From: a virus
DNA: 41,518 bases
Strand: one strand, 5' to 3'
IMG/VR virus record: IMGVR_UViG_3300010376_000020
Span: 1 to 41,518 of that record
The number at the start of each line of letters is the position of its first letter. Positions within the stretch are counted from its first letter, which is position 1. The notes beneath the pieces are model-generated. The model had not been told where the DNA came from, searched no databases, and worked only from the letters and a program-made list of their open reading frames with translations. The translations under genes were made by a program, and so were the position numbers. This document shows, piece by piece, positions 31,964 through 38,883 of this stretch.

Positions 31964-33758
31964 ATTTACGCTCCAATTCTTTAACCGGCGCCTGGGCTTG
32001 ACGGCTGCCCCCCAGGGAAGCCATCCATTCGTTGTGTACCTTTTGAACTTCGACCGAAAGCAGTTTCGATAATTTGAAAGCCATCGCATTGCATTCACGC
32101 CTAAGCCTCTGCTCCTGTTCATATTCCGGCTCAGGACAGGGAGGAGACTTCTCGCTGCGTTCCTCGTGATCATGCAGGAACAATAAGGCCGCAATTTGTT
32201 CGTCATGGGCTTCCGTTATGCCCACGCGTTGACGCAGGTCTCTGGCATAGCTGATTTGATCGGCTGAAAAAGTCGCACCGGTCGAGATCGTGTCCGCATC
32301 CTCTGCCGCCGTTTCCAATACGTGAAACGTCCCGTTTTCCGTACGTTCACCCGGGGTTCGCTCCTGCGGCTGCCTCCTTTTCGGCTCTTCCAGCACATGC
32401 GCGATTTCATCTTCAATCTCTTGTGCCAGCGCCCGGAGTTCGGGATGATTCGGCAGAAAGACGAATGCTCGCTGGAGCTTCACGCCTTCGCTCATCCGCA
32501 CCACGCGGCCCACGGCTTGCCGGAAAAAAAGCGGCGCCCGCCAATCCGTGGCATAGACCAAAACTGCCAGCCGATCGATATCCACACCCTCGCTAACCAT
32601 GCGCACCGCGACCAGCCAGCGGCGATCCGACTCGCGAAAAGCGTCGATGCTGGTGGCCTCCTCATGGTCCGAGATCACAAGGTCCGCACGCTCGTTGGTT
32701 ACGCTTTCGATGAGCCGCTTGTACCGCTCTGCCGCTTCACGGTCGGACGCAATGATAAGCCCGCCCGCATTGCGATGTCCCGCTTTCCGGCAATCCGAGA
32801 GTTTTTCGTTCGCCTGGCGGCACAGTGTCCGCATGTAATCGCCAGCCGGATTCAACAGCGCCCACATCCGCTCCCGGTCCAGCGATGGCGGCAGCTCGTC
32901 TAGAAGCGTGGCCTGCTGTTCCCCTTCGCACCCAATCCAATGAGCACTCCCGTCCTTCATGGGAAAATGCACCACCCGGCAAACCTTGTCACGGATGGCA
33001 TCCGCATATCCATACGTGAAATCAGCAATACTTTGCCAAGTGTTCGGTTTATCGTCGACAGGTTCGTAGTGCACAAAGGGAATCCGCACACCGTCCGAGC
33101 GAAAGGGCGTGCCCGATAATCCCAGCCGGAATTCTGCGCCGCCAAAAGCGGTCTGCGCTGCTTCACCCCATGTACCTTCGCCCAGATGATGCTGCTCGTC
33201 GAAAATGACCGCCGTCGATTTCCTCGCGCATAACTGGCGGTGCATGTGTTGTTGAGAGGCAAGACTCTGATAAGTCACAACCAGGCCCTGATAAGTCGAG
33301 CTTTCCGGATGATCGCCGCTCCAGTTCGGATTTAGCGCAATCATTCCCGCCGCCTTTTTCGCCCACTGATATTTGAGCGCTTCCGTCGGCACTACCACTA
33401 CCAGTCGCCGCGCCCGCCCTCGGAGCAGTTCCGCACTCGCCCGTATGGCCGCGTGAGTCTTGCCGGAACCCGGAGTCGCAGCCAGAAGATAATCCCGTAT
33501 CTCCGGGCTGCGATTTTTGAAATGCGATAAAAACCTCTCTTGCCAATCGCGTATAGTCATATTGGATGTGCCTTTCTGCCGGTTACAGTCGGGGCAGAGC
33601 GCCTGCCCGTTGAAAACATCCGTGGGGCCGCCGGTCGCATATGCCTGTATGTGATCGGCGTTCCATCCTTGCATTAATTCGGCCCCGCATCGAGCGCAAC
33701 ACCCCTCCGCCTGAAGATACAGGGCCCGGCGTTCGCCAAGAGAAAAGAAACGTTTCAC
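31911..33758 (-). CDS. HNH endonuclease domain fused to SF2 (DEAD/DEAH-like) helicase
   Basis: 615 aa with a GTG start. The N-terminal 65 aa carry CARCG...ADHI...GG...N.QALCPDCNRQKG (HNH). They are followed by ATPGSGKT (Walker A), FDEQHH (motif II), SGTPFRSD (motif III) and QAVGRVVR (motif VI). Confidence 0.8.
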   Translation of the reverse strand: MKRFFSLGERRALYLQAEGCCARCGAELMQGWNADHIQAYATGGPTDVFNGQALCPDCNRQKGTSNMTIRDWQERFLSHFKNRSPEIRDYLLAATPGSGKTHAAIRASAELLRGRARRLVVVVPTEALKYQWAKKAAGMIALNPNWSGDHPESSTYQGLVVTYQSLASQQHMHRQLCARKSTAVIFDEQHHLGEGTWGEAAQTAFGGAEFRLGLSGTPFRSDGVRIPFVHYEPVDDKPNTWQSIADFTYGYADAIRDKVCRVVHFPMKDGSAHWIGCEGEQQATLLDELPPSLDRERMWALLNPAGDYMRTLCRQANEKLSDCRKAGHRNAGGLIIASDREAAERYKRLIESVTNERADLVISDHEEATSIDAFRESDRRWLVAVRMVSEGVDIDRLAVLVYATDWRAPLFFRQAVGRVVRMSEGVKLQRAFVFLPNHPELRALAQEIEDEIAHVLEEPKRRQPQERTPGERTENGTFHVLETAAEDADTISTGATFSADQISYARDLRQRVGITEAHDEQIAALLFLHDHEERSEKSPPCPEPEYEQEQRLRRECNAMAFKLSKLLSVEVQKVHNEWMASLGGSRQAQAPVKELERKYAWLTQRLADQADSAYR

Positions 33759-33810
33759 TCCCGCCCCCTAAAAAGCTGCGCCCCGGCGCGTGCGTACCCG
33801 TTCCCGCACG

Positions 33811-33837
33811 TGTGTACTTTACGAGTACAGAATCGTC
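33811..33837. repeat. 27-bp direct repeat, copy 1 (candidate integrase arm-type site)
   Basis: TGTGTACTTTACGAGTACAGAATCGTC is identical to 33996..34022. It contains the internal inverted repeat TGTAC-N7-GTACA. Confidence 0.85.
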
Positions 33838-33898
33838 CGAAACCAGACGTTTTAGCGCCCTTCGGGACTACTGGATTTGCTTGTAAGTGATTGAAAAG

Positions 33899-33948
33899 TG
33901 GTGCGCCCGGAGTGATTCGAACACCCGACCTTCTGGTTCGTAGCCAGA
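33899..33948 (-). other. attP core: 50-nt 3' fragment of tRNA-Arg(ACG), not a complete tRNA
   Basis: The reverse complement reads tctgg-CTACGAA-ccaga (anticodon arm, anticodon ACG), aggtc, gggtg-TTCGAAT-cactc (T arm), then cgggcgc-A-CCA. The matching 5' acceptor strand and D arm are absent upstream. It is adjacent to the integrase gene. Confidence 0.8.
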
Positions 33949-33995
33949 TTTCCTCGCTGTATTTGTCTCGTCTTTCCAGTAACATCCAATCCACC

Positions 33996-34022
33996 TGTGT
34001 ACTTTACGAGTACAGAATCGTC
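33996..34022. repeat. 27-bp direct repeat, copy 2 (candidate integrase arm-type site)
   Basis: Identical to 33811..33837. It lies 14 nt from the integrase stop codon. Confidence 0.85.
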
Positions 34023-34035
34023 ACGTTTTTCATCT

Positions 34036-35298
34036 TTAGTTCGGCCTCCCCTCCCCGAAAATCAATCCCGACATCCGCTCCAATGCCTCCCGCGCATCCG
34101 CGCTCGTGGTCTGGTCGTAATGCAGCGTCATCGCCGCGTTCGCATGCCCCATCAAGGCGCGCCGGTCCTCTACCCGCATCCCGCTCACCCCTCCGAGCGT
34201 CGAGAATGTGCGCCTCAAATCGTGCCAGCCGATCCGTGGAATGCCGAGCTCGGCAGCCGCCTTGCGAACGCGCCGCAACGCCGCGCCGGCATCGAGCGGC
34301 CGGGTTTGGTCACGCCCCGGAAACACCAGCCCGTCCGGAGCCGCTTGCGCCTGGCGCATCTTCCACTGGTTCAGAATCGCCAGCAAGTGCGAAGTCAACG
34401 GCACATTGCGTCGCCGCGTTTTGGTTTTAGTGCTGCCGAACTCCCGCCGATACCACTGCTCCCGCACTGCAACCGCAAATTCGGGGATCAACTCCCCGTC
34501 CACGATCGCTGCGGATTCGCTCAGATTCACCCGCTTCCAACGGAGAGCCGAGACTTCGGCGACATTCATAGATGTCATCGAAGCGCATGCTACCATCGTC
34601 CTCTCTGCCGGGTCGAGCGAACCGAGCAAACGCCGCAACTGGTCAAAGCCCAGTGCCTGCACAGTACGTCGCGCAGTGATCTCCGGCAGCCTTACCTTGG
34701 CCGCGGGATTCCTCCCGCTGAACCATTCAATGAATTCGGCGTATTCAAAGATAGTTCCTACCGTGGTCCTCAAATGCCGCGCGGTCTTCGGCGAATAGCC
34801 CCGCAGGATGGCTTCCCCAATGAGGCGCTGCACGTCCTCATGGCGCACGTCGCGCAAGCGCAGTGTGCCCAAACCACAGCGCCGCGGAACTTCAGGGGCC
34901 CGTTCGCCCCGCTTGACGCCCTTAAAGCTCGGGAGTTTTTCCGGAATGCCCCCAATGGCCAGCCGGAGCATCGTATCGTAGTGCACGCGGCCCGCTTTTT
35001 TCAACATCGCCACACGCTCCGGAACAAACTTGCGATCCACAAACTCCGCTACCGTCACAATCGATTGCGGCGTCCGCATGTTCTGGTCGAGACGCGATAA
35101 AAAATTGTCCCACCCGAAACGCCGCGCCTGCTTTTCGGTGAGCTTTAACGGTCCTTCCGCTGGACCAATCACTACCGGCTTCGACCATCCATACCGCGTG
35201 GAACCGTCCGGTAGCATCTGGTCCTCCCTCCAGCGCAACTTCCAATATCCCGCCTGGATATACAGGTTCCCCTTTTGCTGCAATCGTCTTCTCGCCAT
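34036..35298 (-). CDS. int: Tyrosine integrase; start uncertain (35298, or 35373)
   Basis: The C-terminal catalytic pattern is ...WHDLRRTFSTL...LMGHANAAMTLHYDQ (R...H-x-x-R...Y). There is an N-terminal arm-binding-like segment GNLYIQAGYWKLRWRED. It is adjacent to the tRNA-fragment attP. Confidence 0.9.
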   Translation of the reverse strand: MARRRLQQKGNLYIQAGYWKLRWREDQMLPDGSTRYGWSKPVVIGPAEGPLKLTEKQARRFGWDNFLSRLDQNMRTPQSIVTVAEFVDRKFVPERVAMLKKAGRVHYDTMLRLAIGGIPEKLPSFKGVKRGERAPEVPRRCGLGTLRLRDVRHEDVQRLIGEAILRGYSPKTARHLRTTVGTIFEYAEFIEWFSGRNPAAKVRLPEITARRTVQALGFDQLRRLLGSLDPAERTMVACASMTSMNVAEVSALRWKRVNLSESAAIVDGELIPEFAVAVREQWYRREFGSTKTKTRRRNVPLTSHLLAILNQWKMRQAQAAPDGLVFPGRDQTRPLDAGAALRRVRKAAAELGIPRIGWHDLRRTFSTLGGVSGMRVEDRRALMGHANAAMTLHYDQTTSADAREALERMSGLIFGEGRPN

Positions 35299-35398
35299 AT
35301 CCTCGCTTTCATGCCGAAATTCATTCGGTATGAACCCGATTGTAGCAATTGGTTGCGGTTCGTGGCGTTTCATGTTATTCTGCGTTCTGTAAGATCTT

Positions 35399-35605
35399 AT
35401 GCCCACCCAAAAAGCACCGTCCCGTATCACCGTGATGGAAATCCGTAAGGATCTCGGCTTAGGCCAACGGCGCGTCTATTTCATGCTGAAGAACAACATC
35501 ATTCCGAATGTGCGTCTGGGCCGGTCCTGGATCGTTGCGCGCCACGCCTACGAACAATGGAAGCAAACCGCCGGCATGGGCAAATCCACTCCAGACCTTC
35601 CATAA
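35399..35605 (+). CDS. xis: Excisionase / MerR-type HTH DNA-binding protein
   Basis: 68 aa, or 56 aa from ATG 35435. ITVMEIRKDLGLGQRRVYFMLKNNIIPNVRLGRSWIVARHAYEQW fits the excisionase-family HTH. It is divergent from int. Confidence 0.7.
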   Translation: MPTQKAPSRITVMEIRKDLGLGQRRVYFMLKNNIIPNVRLGRSWIVARHAYEQWKQTAGMGKSTPDLP

Positions 35606-35633
35606 TCAAAATGTCCTCTCTCTGAAAACCAAC

Positions 35634-35702
35634 CCGGAAGCGCAGAAAGCCAAAGAGGCCACCTCCCCCGAGACTGACCAACCTCGCTTTCTACGCTTCC
35701 GG
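35634..35702. terminator. Long imperfect inverted repeat (17-bp arms, 16/17 paired, 35-nt loop); candidate terminator/insulator or structured RNA
   Basis: CCGGAAGCGCAGAAAGC (35634..35650) pairs with GCTTTCTACGCTTCCGG (35686..35702). On the minus-strand transcript the hairpin is followed by GTTGGTTTTC. It lies in the convergent gap between xis and the 108-aa gene. Confidence 0.35.
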
Positions 35703-35717
35703 CTCGAGACTCGCCAC

Positions 35718-36044
35718 CTAATCGACGACGCTGCGAAAATCGCGCTCTTCGTCATATTCGCGTGCGATCATGACCTCTCCTTCCCATCCAGCCGGGAGCA
35801 CGCTGATCGTCCCCTCCGGGTCGTGGTCCTCGTGCTGGATGGAAATTCCGCCCTCTTCGGAAACCCGCAAGAACGTGCGCCCGTCGATCTCGAACATTTC
35901 CGCGTTGGCTTCGTCGGCCATACAGATGCGGTGGGAATGTCCGGTCTTCTCCCCGAACGCGAATGGACGCAGCGGAATTCTCTTTGCGCCCGCCGGGATT
36001 TTTCCGGCGATGAATCCTACATCTCCTTGTCGTGCGGTAAGCAT
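35718..36044 (-). CDS. Hypothetical protein (QGDV ... GE.TGHSH motif)
   Basis: 108 aa with a GGAGAAAG SD. I have seen the RQGDV...P.GAK...A.GE.TGH.H pattern in small phage proteins of unknown function. Confidence 0.5.
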   Translation of the reverse strand: MLTARQGDVGFIAGKIPAGAKRIPLRPFAFGEKTGHSHRICMADEANAEMFEIDGRTFLRVSEEGGISIQHEDHDPEGTISVLPAGWEGEVMIAREYDEERDFRSVVD

Positions 36045-36062
36045 TGTTCTGGGACTTTCTCC

Positions 36063-37223
36063 TTACGTCTGCCAATCTGGTTGATATTCGGCGGGTTTCA
36101 CATTAAACCGCCAACTTAAACCTTCGAGCGCTGTCCGTACATCCGGAGGCACACGCTCAAAATAGACGCTCCCCGTGCTTGGACAAGTGAGACGCATCAT
36201 GCGAATCTCTACCGGATCTCCAGGAAGTTGGAGCGCGAGCAGAGTCGCGCCATGCTCAACGGCATGATCTACTTCATTAGCTCCAGCGTCGATCATGAAG
36301 CGATCGTTTCCATAGAGATTTCGCATGACGCGGCGAACTTCTGTGTTTTGTTCCTTGAGAATGCTGCCAACCGTGATTTTGTCGCGTTCTCCAATAATAT
36401 TCGCGGGGACCCGTACACCATGCCATGCATAGATAGCCCATCCGTCTGGATACATGACCGCCGGGCTGGTTTCACAATGCAATCGTCCGCGGTCATCTCG
36501 AACGAGAATATGATGACGCTCTGAAACCCAACAAATGTGCTGGTGCGGGAGATACCAACCGGCAGTTTGCGCCTGCTCGAAATAGCCTGTCAGCTTTTCC
36601 GTTTGTGCTGTTAGACCGCATTGCTCCCGAAAGAATAAATAAAACGCCAGCCAGTTAGCGTCATGCTGTCCGTAACCGCTGTCCCGGACGCTGTCCCGGA
36701 CGCTGGCCCCGACGCTGGCCCAGACGCTGTCCCAGACGCTGGCCCGGACGCTGTCCCAGACGCTGTCCCCCACGCTGTCCCGGACGCTGTCCCAGACGCT
36801 GGCCCCGACGCTGGCCCCGACGCTGGCCCGGACGCTGGCCCCGACGCTGGCCCGGACGCTGTCCCGGACGCTGTCCCCGACGCTGTCCCAGACGCTGTCC
36901 CCGACGCTGGCCCGGACGCTGGCCCGGACGCTGGCCCCGACGCTGGCCCCGACGCTGGCCCGGACGCTGTCCCGGACGCTGGCCCCGACGCGTTTATCGA
37001 GGATGATTGCGCGGGTTAAGCCCTGGGATAGAGGAGATCCACACCAGACGATCTTGCGGGGAATTTCCAAACCAGCAGATACATACATCTGCTTGATGGC
37101 CGCTTCCGCACGTGGCCTGTCGGCAGCATCTGTCGATAACCCAATCTTGATCCAACGATCACGATATTCCGCCAGCTTATCCGTTTGTTGTTTGTTCAGT
37201 GATTGTATTTTTTTCAGTGGCAT
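36063..37223 (-). CDS. Tetrapeptide-repeat protein: (V-[G/R/W]-[A/D]-S) x 26 followed by a conserved C-terminal domain (possibly DUF6745-like)
   Basis: 386 aa from ATG 37223; the ORF is open to 37256. The repeat is at 36678..36989. The C-terminal domain contains GRLHCETSPAVMYPDGWAIYAWHGVRVP and KEQNTEVRRVM, which I recall from an uncharacterised bacterial family that often has SVWDSV-type repeats. Confidence 0.6.
   Translation of the reverse strand: MPLKKIQSLNKQQTDKLAEYRDRWIKIGLSTDAADRPRAEAAIKQMYVSAGLEIPRKIVWCGSPLSQGLTRAIILDKRVGASVRDSVRASVGASVGASVRASVRASVGDSVWDSVGDSVRDSVRASVGASVRASVGASVGASVWDSVRDSVGDSVWDSVRASVWDSVWASVGASVRDSVRDSGYGQHDANWLAFYLFFREQCGLTAQTEKLTGYFEQAQTAGWYLPHQHICWVSERHHILVRDDRGRLHCETSPAVMYPDGWAIYAWHGVRVPANIIGERDKITVGSILKEQNTEVRRVMRNLYGNDRFMIDAGANEVDHAVEHGATLLALQLPGDPVEIRMMRLTCPSTGSVYFERVPPDVRTALEGLSWRFNVKPAEYQPDWQT
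36678..36989 (-). repeat. 26 tandem 12-nt units GCTG[T/G]CCC[C/G/A]GAC (plus strand), in frame
   Basis: I counted the array unit by unit. Only two nucleotide positions per unit vary, apart from one GAC to CAC change in unit 8. All other positions, including synonymous sites, are invariant. Confidence 0.95.
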
Positions 37224-37387
37224 ATCCGTTTCCACCAGCAGGTCAGGCGCACCCACCAGCCCGGATGCCGGCGCCGGTAGTCAGCCTCCATCAGCACCCG
37301 CCGCACGTCGATGGAGACGATTGCCGCCGCCTGGCCCGCCAATCGTTCCGTGCGCGTCCAGTGGCGGGATTCGGATAGCTCCCTCAT
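37214..37387 (-). CDS. Hypothetical small basic/Trp-rich protein
   Basis: 57-aa ORF not in the supplied track (MRELSESRHWTRTERLAGQ...WWVRLTCWWKRICH). ATGA overlap with the upstream stop, GGGAG SD, and its stop lies 8 nt inside the next gene. Confidence 0.45.
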   Translation of the reverse strand: MRELSESRHWTRTERLAGQAAAIVSIDVRRVLMEADYRRRHPGWWVRLTCWWKRICH

Positions 37388-37626
37388 GTGTCCGCCTCGG
37401 GAGCTTCGTCGAATTCATCCCAGAATTCCGCCGCGTCGTTCTCTTCCGCCTCTTCCGTCGCGTCATAGTTGCGCCCACACCGGGTACAGAATAGGTCCCC
37501 TGAAGCGGTCACATAGGCGCGGTCGATTACGTCCACGGAATTCGCGGGTACGTCGAAGCAAATCAACCTGCCGCAGTCCTGGCAAGATTCCATGCGGCCA
37601 TCATTCTCGTCGCAGAGGTCGCACAT
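37384..37626 (-). CDS. Small zinc-ribbon / B-box-like protein with acidic tail
   Basis: 80 aa from ATG 37626. Sequence features: MCDLCDENDGRMESCQDCGRLICFD...FCTRCG, then an acidic tail EEAEENDAAEFWDEFDEAPEAD. Confidence 0.5.
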   Translation of the reverse strand: MCDLCDENDGRMESCQDCGRLICFDVPANSVDVIDRAYVTASGDLFCTRCGRNYDATEEAEENDAAEFWDEFDEAPEADT

Positions 37627-38266
37627 GGTCGATTGGCGGCCATTTTTCGAAGCGCCGCCGCGCTTCCATGAGCGCTTCCATGCCGCCCTTTTCCACTCGG
37701 GCCAGCACCTCAAGATTCGGCAAGCCCTCATCAATCGAAGCGACAACCTCCGCGCGGCTCGCCCGCCGCCCCTCGGCCCACCATTCGACAGATTCCGGTG
37801 TACCCATCGTGATGAGATAGGAACCCCTCTGGCCGGGATTTTCAAAGACCTCGTAAGCCCGGGTAATCCACAGCAGCGCAACACCCGGATTGCGGGCGAT
37901 GCCGAAAGCCTGCTTCAGTTTGCTGTAGCCCACCTGTTCATCTTCCTGGCGCACCATGCGCGGATTCGACAGGAATGGGCAATTGCGCGCGCTCCATCGC
38001 CCGCATTCGAGATGGCAAGGCGGCTCAGAAGAAGTCCTGTTGACGCCGCACATGGGGCCAACAACGAAACAGAGGTTCACGCCCAAGCGCTCGCCGCATA
38101 CCCAGCAGCGCCGCTCTTTGATCGCGCGCCGGAACTTCTCGGCATCCATCGCGCGAAATTCCGGCTTGCCATCCAGCCAGGCGACGAACCACGGCACGAC
38201 ATAGCCGCGTTCATCGATAGGAAGACTCTGCATGCGCACAGGAAGAGGCTCTCTGGTTTTAAGCAT
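37601..38266 (-). CDS. Hypothetical Cys/His-rich protein
   Basis: 221 aa (TGATG overlap). The segment PWFVAWLDGKPEFRAMD...CWVCGERL...EPPCHLECGRWSARNCPFL looks like a conserved zinc-binding core. I cannot name a family. Confidence 0.5.
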   Translation of the reverse strand: MLKTREPLPVRMQSLPIDERGYVVPWFVAWLDGKPEFRAMDAEKFRRAIKERRCWVCGERLGVNLCFVVGPMCGVNRTSSEPPCHLECGRWSARNCPFLSNPRMVRQEDEQVGYSKLKQAFGIARNPGVALLWITRAYEVFENPGQRGSYLITMGTPESVEWWAEGRRASRAEVVASIDEGLPNLEVLARVEKGGMEALMEARRRFEKWPPIDHVRPLRRE

Positions 38267-38883
38267 CACCGCACCATCAAGCTGTATTTGCCGATATTCA
38301 AATCGGCGCCTGCCACATCTTCGCCGCGCCCGATCGCTTCCTTGATCGCCCGCTTGTCGATGTCCACGCTTTTGAGCGCGCCCGCGGTTTCGTTCGGATG
38401 CTGGTCGACCAGGCCGTACCAGATCTCAAGCGGCATCTCCACCTTGACCGTCTTGTAGCGCGCCGGCACCGCCTCCGGGTTCCCGATTTCGACCGAAGCC
38501 GGATTGGCCCGCGCGCTCATCGTCGTGGTCTTGCCGATCAGCTTCTGGAATTTTCCCTTGAGGTCCGTGCCCTGTGCCAGGATGTAACCGAGCACATATT
38601 CCCGCACGCGATCCGCCGCCTTTTCGAAGACCTTTCCGCGGGCCCGGATGCGCTCGGCTTCCGATTTGCAGAACTCGGCCTGGGCCTCGCATTGCAGAAT
38701 GAATTGCGCCACGCGCTCGCGCTTATCCTGCGCGGCCGCCAGCGACCGGGAGAGCTCCAGGTCAAACGCCTGTTGCTCGCCCGGCTCTACGGCGCCCTCG
38801 GTCTCAAGCAGCGCCGCCAGGTAGCCTTCGGCTTCGTACAGCGTCAGGGATTTCGATTCCGGCTCCAGTGTGCTAATCGGCAT
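38266..38883 (-). CDS. Siphovirus Gp157-like protein
   Basis: 205 aa from ATG 38883 with a GGAGGAG SD. The N-terminal coiled coil has the pattern LE...L......R......R...L..Y, and the C-terminal part reads KTTTMSARANPASVEI..PEAVPARY...VDIDKRAIKEAI, as in Gp157-family proteins that accompany phage recombinases. Confidence 0.55.
   Translation of the reverse strand: MPISTLEPESKSLTLYEAEGYLAALLETEGAVEPGEQQAFDLELSRSLAAAQDKRERVAQFILQCEAQAEFCKSEAERIRARGKVFEKAADRVREYVLGYILAQGTDLKGKFQKLIGKTTTMSARANPASVEIGNPEAVPARYKTVKVEMPLEIWYGLVDQHPNETAGALKSVDIDKRAIKEAIGRGEDVAGADLNIGKYSLMVR

Noticed and set aside
33899-33948. Functional tRNA-Arg gene.
   Set aside because: Only the anticodon arm, variable loop, T arm and 3' acceptor strand are present. 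No complementary 5' acceptor strand or D arm lies upstream, so I interpret it as the attP core.
33997-35100. 367-aa plus-strand ORF across the integrase region.
   Set aside because: It is antisense to an ORF with an unmistakable tyrosine-recombinase catalytic pattern, and its own translation is low-complexity and R/P-rich.
36678-36989. Possible CRISPR array or iteron-type origin, suggested by 26 short direct repeats.
   Set aside because: The units abut with no spacers, the period is 12 nt, and the array is in frame inside a long ORF, so it is not a CRISPR array. An iteron or origin role cannot be excluded but is not needed to explain the array.
36663-37019. Plus-strand ORF encoding (PDAG/PDAV)n across the 12-nt repeat.
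   Set aside because: It is the antisense reading of the same repeat. Only the minus-strand frame continues into flanking non-repetitive, protein-like domains and is coupled to neighbouring genes.
37281-37478. 65-aa minus-strand ORF.
   Set aside because: It overlaps two better-supported, ATGA-coupled small genes (37384..37626 and 37214..37387) in another frame, and its translation is R/G-rich.
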